Assembly (NCBI GenBank): GCA_023818895.1
Contig: JAMWCX010000001.1
Location: 329,789 to 361,788 of the forward strand
Direction of reading: 5' to 3'
Length of the DNA: 32,000 nt
From: Candidatus Omnitrophota bacterium
Lineage (GTDB): Bacteria; Omnitrophota; Gorgyraeia; 2-01-FULL-45-10
Shown: positions 9,001 through 12,628 of the stretch, piece by piece
Numbering within the stretch: the stretch's first letter is position 1
Layout of the letters: each line of letters starts with the position of its first letter
Position numbers and translations under genes: made by a program
The notes under the pieces: generated by a model
What the model saw: only the letters and a program-made list of their open reading frames with translations
Databases searched by the model: none
What the model was told of the DNA's origin: nothing

Positions 9001-9490
9001 ACTCAGCTCCGTTTAAAAGACCCTCTTTTACAAAATTATCCGCGGCCTTATGCCTTATCTCCGCATCTTGAATATTTGTGAACAATGAAATATCATAATC
9101 CGCCTCGCCCCCCTCAAGGTTAACTATGCTGGCGCCGTAAGCGGCGCTTAAATAGTCAATAATCTCAGCGATTTTTATCTGTGCGTTATAGTTACAATGA
9201 GCATCCTGAATGTGAATAATAGTCGGGGGCTGTGAGGCAAGAGCCGGTAGATGAGGCGCTGACCATGAACTTTTTATCGTCCCGAGATCGTGCGGTAGGT
9301 AAAATGATTTTATGTCAAATTCTTCCGACTCGGACAGCGGTGAAATAAAATCAGATTTTTCTGCCCATACAAGATCTGCGGGAAGGCATGTGCAGAGAAA
9401 TGCGATAAGGGTAATAAATGCTATTATCCTTATTGACAGCGTGAACCGGAATATTATATCCCTGCGGATATTTGAGCTCGCGTCTTTCAT
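2..9490 (-). CDS. Giant multidomain membrane protein. N-terminus complete, C-terminus beyond the window edge (at least 3163 codons in window). Absent from the supplied ORF track.
   Basis: ATG at 9488-9490 (minus) is preceded by an in-frame TAA 18 nt upstream. Manual translation of the reverse complement, in the frame whose codons have lowest coordinate = 2 mod 3, met no stop down to position 2. Every recognisable motif listed below lies in that same frame. Any in-frame stop would have produced a complete minus-strand ORF in the track, and none is listed. Confidence 0.9.
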   Translation of the reverse strand, partial: MKDASSNIRRDIIFRFTLSIRIIAFITLIAFLCTCLPADLVWAEKSDFISPLSESEEFDIKSFYLPHDLGTIKSSWSAPHLPALASQPPTIIHIQDAHCNYNAQIKIAEIIDYLSAAYGASIVNLEGGEADYDISLFTNIQDAEIRHKAADNFVKEGLLNGAEYFAINNPGRITLWGIEEPRLYLDNLKVYKNSLREKESVNAGLRALSSVLAALKLKIYSKELLDLDVAYSQFKSGSLPFRDYISHLITLAERRSVDIAAFKNLGLLKQSLEQEAGIDFKKANIERDQLIDVLQNALSRSEVEELVAKTVALRANRISQKDFYSYLMTKAAALSIQTKDFSQFYAYINYISRYEAVDNLKAMAEIEDLESRLKESLCENDTQRDLVLLSKNLALMKNLFNATLTRPDYAYYQANEESFNAKNYIDFIRREAPKHGIEARLSIEIEGLDRNREEMAKFYEYSMKRDEAFIKNIRFSKGPSHRQAVRPQVAVVVTGGFHTENLCELFKKNNISYISILPNFRNGAGYESPYFKLLSGNPYAEFIKLAQSSGLSALAIASNLNRLGLAAAAISAPPNLMAGMAGSDMSTSKAQRHGELPVDSKNRRGRRGAGYLISMAIIGALLRTAPILSAAPLAQPVITNVALKSDAVISESSLPNDTVNYQRINLPPSYKQEGNGIIIGYDSLYDDYYMELFRSLPDDTEVLVVLDSSFSDDLKNLIKKVKKEKPIKVKAISIHKSIFASYPDLTYTAVPIWIRDPFIYAKGPDDAGLVLVSKHMKSLGKDGRSDGYTVASEVAAAIGAKLVELPFDLVGGDLLVSEIGGKKHLFIGEHTVWLNLELATADTKEDVLETIKRFATDFFEAELHLLPSYIEKSHIDTQVTLLEEGVALVGSPKMGLEAFLEQAAVDLARLDISAYDELRDYVDKFMTEKDITVEILRQGEPFSISVAQQQSIKNHITNIEVALTNIRYLVETEISDKDLKKALVDFCDRFDAYSFDLSGLTSVLGKLDETVRELTDIGMKVTALPWYGLTVAGKGAVITYNNAVILRDRVALVPVYSYDLMDARACKIWEGLGYEVRTVNAKNIASYEGAVRCSSNLADFRLEHVKAQRVEDLKPYFLSPKGLRLFALKYVFPLILISIFWAKIINMARRLISGKKAVSIPAEQVSDKPALMDLTRLQQLVDAEYSKIVRYIETPMNIPGLCRVIFSEDGSWIEVWPDASDEDVRLAIADHLLNTKRRLSVIEKRIIYLAMRHNDARKGSDEYIPQMEDELKAHEDRVKELARRVNKAQWERLRNELRMPEYIPLIRERGMTEWFREKLNTMKRDEYVKAADLEIPGMAGLVEALVNDESFRGGLDPIEVVKARGRSNAKVSSTGLDAAIREARRQLATGTPLEDIDLDALVKRYGLSEEDGVRLAMALHLGQGMGRSSAGRLALNRDTTIPDIARALEGLPKLEKREARRAAAKKVRVVVANKGDRLTLDDIRKELGLPERYLGEIEARFVIQPAGPRAPPVQGKQAAKERHAPFRAIIISAVLLAVAAITAFLVVPYIRVERTYKSLAEHKSQVELRFGPMPSTITSGGAERYSITLYGTPMEVVAGTHGSPRAADEILAISRSIIRNPQDWVIVAESLPDRRKTGMPISLADVAIADKLSRDLNIPVEDIIPLQGDVEVLEILIRRTGLSKEDILAASLFPQLHDHLSLVVKGLLARGAKTDRDPPFPLMFNPFVQTAKILYGIPEDEVRQILLKAAIRISASREELKRFHQKAVLVREEMLKARNEVAAKRLEALTRKYPAKKFLVLIGGNHAPALGLSRDPFIQNINPVRIDDVKWLSGYLLDNMQPPMHGKAYSFTARHLSRIPFIGNFLSMLVVYPHEFLHALADGFRGRIEIIREGGRIVGGAYRAPEGENFKNPLRVLLAAPLGMGIAAFSILLFIASGMPGVSNLLLSYPAVSSSVKAVLYAIFGLFAFDFVVNVASTNKISDLQQAGALRRAQESGLVYDVPEAYDHEKTGVPDAEEIDRILRKVGMTVEELEIWNLGFYLKVWRDSDKDPIPFDEHIKIFEYLRSKSVGDKGPVVPDSLRDKLIKTKSWWLITSIISNNITPKEMKDLLQRFVVSAAEKEFVARLFHSSEPGMSNRAYDELPSSIKSAINDAINSVSGTVRVLDLGCGERGNTIEGLKAVYGKKVEAFGIDIALENTEAKDVKLVKGDITEHLPYPDDYFDVVYELGVFEYFTDTQLSRTFREIRRVLKPGGRCILPGIGILDSEMRSKVVKYLGDSFEASQGLPFVVTKKVSRSGPPGKSAKHFRARLNIVAALPVFFVYLSDLEVDLLPFLGLMALVLLLTFMVHETAHAIVAISNGADGVELGYDPQTLVSVQFGFLKGTPDVSRKLAKIIAAPYPVHFALFIISEVVARLLLHIDSPVGFFLGIYAYMNLAFAILPIGLDGVILLKLLFSDDYRRQVQRGVERGDMDKYEAISALPPMGIKGEICNKILNIMALIGLVMMSFTLPKMSLRIINPPDDEIEPVGIEQKENATDQNRPAEILPEKTEREQVEPQKERYEKTFAPEISDIALVLAHIRRESNGNPFAVSSVGAVGLMQLLGPAAVEMGLSVDRRWQAQLEHAVRVVRYNNIKEGKREWKPGRDGEKALRLAARNFVKKYGLDSSRYDPADYKKWVAEFDERFVPEKNVGAGSAYLLKLFENYSSKITDRSERLKFALAAYLKGPVKVNNDIRNALSNRERINSFSAVYGDRSNTARYVLHIVNNAAVLTNMLERGQIVAGLDWLKSLLTKNSVFSKPFSPGVTRLLKLLTPNMSHGLRKRIRALFIAPLVEEPIFRWLLPNFTAGLFGSITLSYLIWGLVFIALHYDKESKWMRAPVLLTVSSLALLPIAMMDQQVYLAIMAAFHFAINFVVMLANESGRAESRYGFASFGEEKDEEDTTYASADWEAGSRTFEGYDIDRIELLEKLRDDVPVIKVLKNKHGYYAERNHEFYEPTIVDSIVVEYLNTIERIISDNGRLAAFLADNYERVLTYDALSDFHRVKAHNRYQSADRIDPEHFVRQYIEDMYQLYANRNMPEPETGFYKRLLSYRSFLLKKLRKENPQAKQVLLADKGRLIKRVIVVDDAMRQNPRDPAWSDPDTMILDDLGFAMAAWRGTSIPG
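740..1010 (-). other. Giant protein aa ~2828-2915: CPBP/Abi (CAAX protease-like) intramembrane glutamic endopeptidase domain
   Basis: Motif 1 APLVEEPIFRWLL (EEPIFR 974-991), motif 2 FIALH (FxxxH), and motif 3 AAFHFAINF (HFAIN 755-769). All are embedded in hydrophobic segments. Confidence 0.75.
1185..1800 (-). other. Giant protein aa ~2565-2770: SLT (family 1) lytic transglycosylase domain
   Basis: IALVLAHIRRESNGNPFAVSSVGAVGLMQLL, with the catalytic-type Glu codon at 1742-1744 and GLMQ ending at 1688. Downstream is KFALAAYLKGPVKV (1301-1330), which matches the AYNxGxxxV motif. Confidence 0.85.
2090..2530 (-). other. Giant protein aa ~2320-2465: M50 (site-2 protease)-like intramembrane metalloprotease module
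   Basis: HExxH inside a hydrophobic helix: LMALVLLLTFMVHETAHAIVA (HETAH 2432-2446). A second family motif follows downstream: YMNLAFAILPIGLDGVILL (LPIGLDG 2150-2170). Compare NxxPxxxLDG in SpoIVFB/RseP-type enzymes. Confidence 0.7.
2690..3080 (-). other. Giant protein aa ~2140-2265: class I SAM-dependent methyltransferase domain (Methyltransf_11-like)
   Basis: Motif I VRVLDLGCGERG (2972-3001), post-I AFGIDIA, motif II YFDVVYELGVFEYF, and motif III REIRRVLKPGGRCIL (LKPGG 2729-2743). Confidence 0.85.
3560..3900 (-). other. Giant protein aa ~1865-1975: HExxH membrane module (M50B-like putative metalloprotease)
   Basis: VVYPHEFLHALADGFRGRIEIIREGG, with HEFLH at 3857-3871. It is followed by hydrophobic spans LRVLLAAPLGMGIAAFSILLFIASG and VKAVLYAIFGLFAFDFVVNV. 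The HExxHAL-x4-G-x-I pattern resembles Peptidase_M50B. Confidence 0.5.
4050..4770 (-). other. Giant protein aa ~1575-1810: Tiki/TraB/GumN-like module 2
   Basis: EVVAGTHGSPRAADEI (4679-4705), DWVIVAESLPD, and KKFLVLIGGNHAPALG (4058-4090). Compare TraB LVGTAHFS ... VMVELC ... VVGMGHVPGI. Confidence 0.5.
6200..7471 (-). other. Giant protein aa ~674-1096: guanidino-group-modifying (pentein) domain, agmatine deiminase / Porphyromonas-type peptidyl-arginine deiminase-like
   Basis: Colinear series matching the agmatine deiminase / PAD_porph motif order: PIWIRDPF (W-I-R-D 7223-7234), DLVGGDLLVSEIGGKKHLFIGE (V-G-G-D 7052-7063), SHIDTQVTLLEEG (H-I-D 6863-6871), ITYNNAVILRDRVALVPVY, and ASYEGAVRCSSN (Cys codon 6212-6214, at the position of the catalytic Cys in GGGxHCxTQ / GxRCMS). 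A helical insertion of about 130 aa follows the HID motif. Confidence 0.6.
7976..9238 (-). other. Giant protein aa ~85-505: Tiki/TraB/GumN/ChaN-superfamily-like module 1 with a long helical insertion
   Basis: TIIHIQDAHCNYNAQ (9191-9220), IVNLEGGE, and VAVVVTGGFHTENL (7985-8017). These resemble the paired GxxH and acidic-strand motifs of TraB/GumN proteins (hhGTxH ... VELD ... VGxGHhxG). Motif-level only. Confidence 0.4.
9362..9490 (-). other. Giant protein aa 1-43: N-terminal signal peptide or signal anchor
   Basis: Basic N-region (MKDASSNIRRD), then hydrophobic IIFRFTLSIRIIAFITLIAFLCTCL, then PADLVWA/EK, which resembles an AxA-type cleavage site. Confidence 0.6.
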
Positions 9491-9552
9491 CTCAAATATT
9501 ATCTTACTTTATATAAATCTAACACAATGCATAAAAAAATTTAAGTAACTAG

Positions 9553-9580
9553 ATTATATCATAATTAATTACTTAGTCAA
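9553..9580 (-). promoter_or_regulatory. Near-consensus sigma70-type promoter upstream of the giant gene
   Basis: Minus strand reads TTGACT (9575-9580), a 16-nt spacer, then TATAAT (9553-9558) with TG extension (TGATATAAT 9553-9561). It sits in a very AT-rich tract about 60 nt upstream of ATG 9490. Confidence 0.5.
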
Positions 9581-9862
9581 GTTAATATATCTTACTTTTT
9601 TAAACCCTAACAAATAGCACCAATATATTTATTTATCTAATGTATGGACTTATCGCGCACTATTAGAACATGCGGTATTCCTATTTAAATTATAGTGGTA
9701 AGCGAATTTGGTCAGGTTGCTTTGGCTGGTATAACTAGGTTCCGTAGCCAGCTCGGCTGCTGTCGCGCATAGCGCTTTTCCTCGCTATTCGCTCGGCGCG
9801 GCCTTGCTTCGAATCCCCCTTTTCGGAGATAAAAAATCAATACGCTGACAAGCGGTTAATAC

Positions 9863-9948
9863 TGGTGGTGAGGGAAGGATTCGAACCTTCGAAGGCTTTC
9901 GCCGCCAGATTTACAGTCTGGTCCATTTGGCCACTCTGGTACCTCACC
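9863..9948 (-). tRNA. tRNA-Tyr (anticodon GTA), type II with long variable arm, CCA encoded
   Basis: Reverse complement is GGTGAGGTACCAGAGTGGCCAAATGGACCAGACTGTAAATCTGGCGGCGAAAGCCTTCGAAGGTTCGAATCCTTCCCTCACCACCA. Acceptor stem GGTGAGG/CCTCACC, anticodon loop CTGTAAA, T-loop GGTTCGAATCC. Very close to E. coli tRNA-Tyr. Confidence 0.95.
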
Positions 9949-9974
9949 TTAAATATATCAAAAATCAGCAAAGG

Positions 9975-10034
9975 AAATCGGCTTCGATTCCCTTGCTTGG
10001 GAAAATCGCTAACTGGAGCTAGCGGAGGGAATCG
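9975..10034. repeat. Copy 1 of an exact 60-bp direct repeat. Contains an orphan copy of the last 21 nt of tRNA-Thr (10014-10034) plus 39 nt of its 3' flank.
   Basis: aaatcggcttcgattcccttgcttgggaaaatcgctaactggagctagcggagggaatcg is identical to 10113-10172 (period 138 bp). No complementary 5' acceptor strand lies nearby, so this copy is not a functional tRNA. Confidence 0.9.
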
Positions 10035-10112
10035 GTCTTGCGCTCGCAGAGCTCGCTTCAGACCTGCCGATTTGCTTACGGCCATAGGCCTTTTCCTCCC
10101 GTTGGTCGGCGC

Positions 10113-10172
10113 AAATCGGCTTCGATTCCCTTGCTTGGGAAAATCGCTAACTGGAGCTAGCGGAGGGAATCG
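10113..10172. repeat. Copy 2 of the exact 60-bp direct repeat. Overlaps the genuine 3' end of tRNA-Thr (10152-10172).
   Basis: Identical 60-mer to 9975-10034. Within each copy, cgattccct and agggaatcg are inverted and could pair. Confidence 0.9.
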
Positions 10173-10227
10173 AACCCCCGACCTGAGGTTTACAAAACCC
10201 CTGCTCTGCCTGCTGAGCTACGCTAGC
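10152..10227 (-). tRNA. tRNA-Thr (anticodon TGT), CCA encoded
   Basis: Reverse complement is GCTAGCGTAGCTCAGCAGGCAGAGCAGGGGTTTTGTAAACCTCAGGTCGGGGGTTCGATTCCCTCCGCTAGCTCCA. Clean cloverleaf with anticodon loop TTTGTAA. Confidence 0.95.
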
Positions 10228-11078
10228 GTCTTTAATGCGTCCGGCAATTTATGTAAAAGATCAGTGGCAAGAAGGCTCAAAATCCCCTTCTCTTTCAGCG
10301 CAAGGTCACCGGCAAGACCGTGGAAATATGCTCCCAATACCGCTGCGACGAAAGGTTCTGTCCCCTGCCCTATAAAACTCGCGATCATTCCCGTCAATAT
10401 ATCGCCGGTCCCGCCTGTCGCCATTCCTTCATTGCCGGTCTCGTTAATATAGCAATCGCCCGCGGGACTCGCCACCACAGTGCCGTGTCCTTTTAAAACC
10501 AGGACGGTATTATACTCACTTGCGAACTTTAACGCAACATCTTTTCTGTTCTGCTGTATCTCTGATATGTCTTTGCCGCAAAGCCGCGACATCTCGCCAG
10601 GGTGCGGCGTCAATACAATAGGGGCCTTTGCTTGCTTAAGGATATCCGCATGGCCTGCCAGACAGTTTATACCGTCGGCGTCTATTACCATGGGCTTGTT
10701 TATCTTTCCCGTCAATATCCTGACCAGTTGCTGGGTCTCCTTGTTCTGCGATATTCCTGGCCCCAGCGCCACTGCATCGCATTTTTCGCAAAAGGCAAGT
10801 ATCTCCTTCTCCGCAAGAAGACTGATTGACATGTCCTTTGTCTCGAAAAAAGGCCTGACCATTACCTCGGTCAGCTTGCCGGCCATTATCGGGTAGAGAG
10901 TCCTGCCTATGGCCAGAGTGACGAGCCCGCTTCCGGAAAGCGCCGCCGCCTGGCTTGTAAGATAAGCCGCGCCGGTGTAGCCGGCTGATCCGGCAACGAC
11001 AAATAAATGCCCAAAATCTCCCTTATGGGCAGTGCGGTCTTTTTTCGGAAACTTGCTTATGGCTTCCTGTATAGTCAC
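10218..11078 (-). CDS. nnrD: ADP-dependent NAD(P)H-hydrate dehydratase (YjeF C-terminal / carbohydrate-kinase-like)
   Basis: KGDFGHLFVVAGSAGYTGAAYL, TPHPGEMSRL, and ATGGTGDILTG motifs. 286 aa. The stop overlaps the 5' end of tRNA-Thr by 10 nt. Confidence 0.85.
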   Translation of the reverse strand: MTIQEAISKFPKKDRTAHKGDFGHLFVVAGSAGYTGAAYLTSQAAALSGSGLVTLAIGRTLYPIMAGKLTEVMVRPFFETKDMSISLLAEKEILAFCEKCDAVALGPGISQNKETQQLVRILTGKINKPMVIDADGINCLAGHADILKQAKAPIVLTPHPGEMSRLCGKDISEIQQNRKDVALKFASEYNTVLVLKGHGTVVASPAGDCYINETGNEGMATGGTGDILTGMIASFIGQGTEPFVAAVLGAYFHGLAGDLALKEKGILSLLATDLLHKLPDALKTLA

Positions 11079-11464
11079 GCTCTTCCCTTTCTAAGCAATA
11101 TGACATTGGCTATCGCATATTCTTTGGAATGTGACATACTAACTATGACATCGCGTATCTTCTTCTTTTTTTTGACCTTAAGGGCATCGTTATGGAATTG
11201 GATGGTGGGCCTTCCCTCTCTATCATTCAAAACCTCTATATCCGTCCACTGGAGTGGGTGTTTTTGAGGCTCGCCGAATGCCTTGATAACAGCCTCCTTT
11301 GCCGCAAAACGGGCCGCGAAATGCTGATAGGAAAATCTTCGCGATTTCGAATAGTGTATTTCGCGAGTCGTGAATATTCGCGTAAGAAAACCCTCCCCCC
11401 ACCGCTCTATCGCGTCGCGCACCCTGTCGATCTCCACTATGTCCACGCCCGTACCTGATATCAT
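11075..11464 (-). CDS. acpS: Holo-[acyl-carrier-protein] synthase
   Basis: GTGVDIVEIDRV, FAARFAAKEAVIKAFG, and REGRPTI. 129 aa. 4-nt overlaps with both neighbours. Confidence 0.9.
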   Translation of the reverse strand: MISGTGVDIVEIDRVRDAIERWGEGFLTRIFTTREIHYSKSRRFSYQHFAARFAAKEAVIKAFGEPQKHPLQWTDIEVLNDREGRPTIQFHNDALKVKKKKKIRDVIVSMSHSKEYAIANVILLRKGRA

Positions 11465-12171
11465 CCTATAAGCCCCTTCATCTGCCGAACCGCCTCTTTT
11501 ATGCCCACAAAAACCGCGCGTGATATTATAGAATGGCCTATATTAAGCTCGTGAAGACCTTCTATATGGGCAATATCCACAACGTTGATGTAATTAAGCC
11601 CATGGCCGGCATTTACCTCCATCCCTTTTGATCGGGCATATAAACATGCCTCCTTTAGGATCCTAAGTTCTCTTTTTTTTGCGCTCATTGAAGGCGCGTT
11701 AGCATACTCACCTGTATGAAGCTCTATTATGCGCGCGCCCGTCTTCAGAGACGCATCAATCTGCTTTTTAGATGGATTAATGAACAGACTGACTGCGATG
11801 CCACATGACTCCAGTTTGCAAACCACAGAACTTATTTTTCGAACATTCGAGACAACATCAAGACCGCCTTCAGTCGTGATTTCCATACGGCGCTCTGGCA
11901 CAAGCGTGGCCTGGTCCGGCCTTATATTACACGCGAAATCTACCACATCTTTTGCAATAGACATCTCCAGATTCAGTCTCTCAACAGCTCTTCTTAATGC
12001 CGCCACGTCGGCATCTTTTATATGGCGTCTGTCTTCTCTGAGATGGCAGACAATCGAATCAGCGCCTCCCGCGATACATTCTTTAGCAGCGTCTATAGGG
12101 TTTGGCTCGTATGTCTTTCTGGCCTCCCTCAACGTGGCAACATGGTCTATATTTACGCCTAACTTTAACAT
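11461..12171 (-). CDS. pdxJ: Pyridoxine 5'-phosphate synthase
   Basis: MLKLGVNIDHVATLREAR and HLREDRRHI motifs. I prefer ATG 12171, which gives the canonical PdxJ N-terminus. The track's longer version starts at a TTG at 12198. Confidence 0.9.
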   Translation of the reverse strand: MLKLGVNIDHVATLREARKTYEPNPIDAAKECIAGGADSIVCHLREDRRHIKDADVAALRRAVERLNLEMSIAKDVVDFACNIRPDQATLVPERRMEITTEGGLDVVSNVRKISSVVCKLESCGIAVSLFINPSKKQIDASLKTGARIIELHTGEYANAPSMSAKKRELRILKEACLYARSKGMEVNAGHGLNYINVVDIAHIEGLHELNIGHSIISRAVFVGIKEAVRQMKGLIG

Positions 12172-12178
12172 TGGTATC

Positions 12179-12622
12179 TCAGGGACCCGATTTTTCAACG
12201 GGGACAGTTACCTCAACCAGCGTCTCTTCAGTATAGACACCCGGCGCGATAGGGCTTAAAGGCACTGATTTGGTAAATGGCCTGTACGAACCGCGGACAT
12301 CTATCGGCATTGTGTGAGCAAACCTTATCTTGGAGAGAAGGTCCTTAGCGCCCACTACTATGCAGTATTCCGGAACAACGATCGCCTTCCTTGAGTCTAT
12401 CGTATAGCCATATCGTGGGGTTCCGACAAAAACGGGTTTTATCAATAACTTCTTGGCAACAATACCACCCGTTGGGAGGACCTTGTTCAGAAACTGCCTT
12501 TCCTCCTCGCTGCCTTTATTGAGCTCGCTGACTATGTAGAACCATAAGGCAAGCGCGAGTAAAAGTGCCGTCAACTTAAGACCCACGTTAACGGTAAAAA
12601 GATTTTTAAGGAATTTAAGCAT
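12179..12622 (-). CDS. YbbR-like domain protein, probable CdaA regulator (CdaR-type), N-terminal membrane anchor
   Basis: 147 aa. One TM helix (GLKLTALLLALALWFYIV) followed by a beta-rich domain. Sits immediately downstream of cdaA, as in cdaA-cdaR operons. The call rests on position and architecture. Confidence 0.55.
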   Translation of the reverse strand: MLKFLKNLFTVNVGLKLTALLLALALWFYIVSELNKGSEEERQFLNKVLPTGGIVAKKLLIKPVFVGTPRYGYTIDSRKAIVVPEYCIVVGAKDLLSKIRFAHTMPIDVRGSYRPFTKSVPLSPIAPGVYTEETLVEVTVPVEKSGP

Positions 12623-12628
12623 GTCTTA

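Noticed and set aside
1-9490. The absence of long ORFs in the track for this region might indicate non-coding DNA, a pseudogene graveyard or an alternative genetic code.
   Set aside because: Under the standard code the minus strand is fully open in one frame from ATG 9490 to the edge and encodes intact enzyme motifs. The track simply lacks ORFs that have no stop inside the window.
9689-9694. Second TATAAT hexamer on the minus strand upstream of the giant gene.
   Set aside because: There is no acceptable -35 or TG extension at the right spacing. The 9553-9580 promoter is much better.
9706-9722. GGTCAGGT on the plus strand, reminiscent of the SRP (4.5S) RNA domain IV sequence.
   Set aside because: The flanking sequence lacks the GGAA tetraloop, the symmetric-loop partner (GAAGCAGCC) and a closing helix.
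9831-9854. Possible intrinsic terminator after tRNA-Tyr: CGCT-TGTC-AGCG followed by a T-run.
   Set aside because: The stem is only 4 bp and is separated from the T-run by 6 nt, which is too weak to call.
9975-10172. Possible minimal CRISPR array or REP-type repeat.
   Set aside because: Only two copies are present, the unit is 60 bp long and contains a tRNA 3' fragment, and there are no cas genes. An att-like duplication is the better explanation.
9837-10452. ORFs 9837-10085 (minus, 82 aa) and 9865-10452 (plus, 195 aa).
   Set aside because: They run straight through tRNA-Tyr, the 60-bp repeats and tRNA-Thr. The repeated protein segments merely reflect the DNA repeat.
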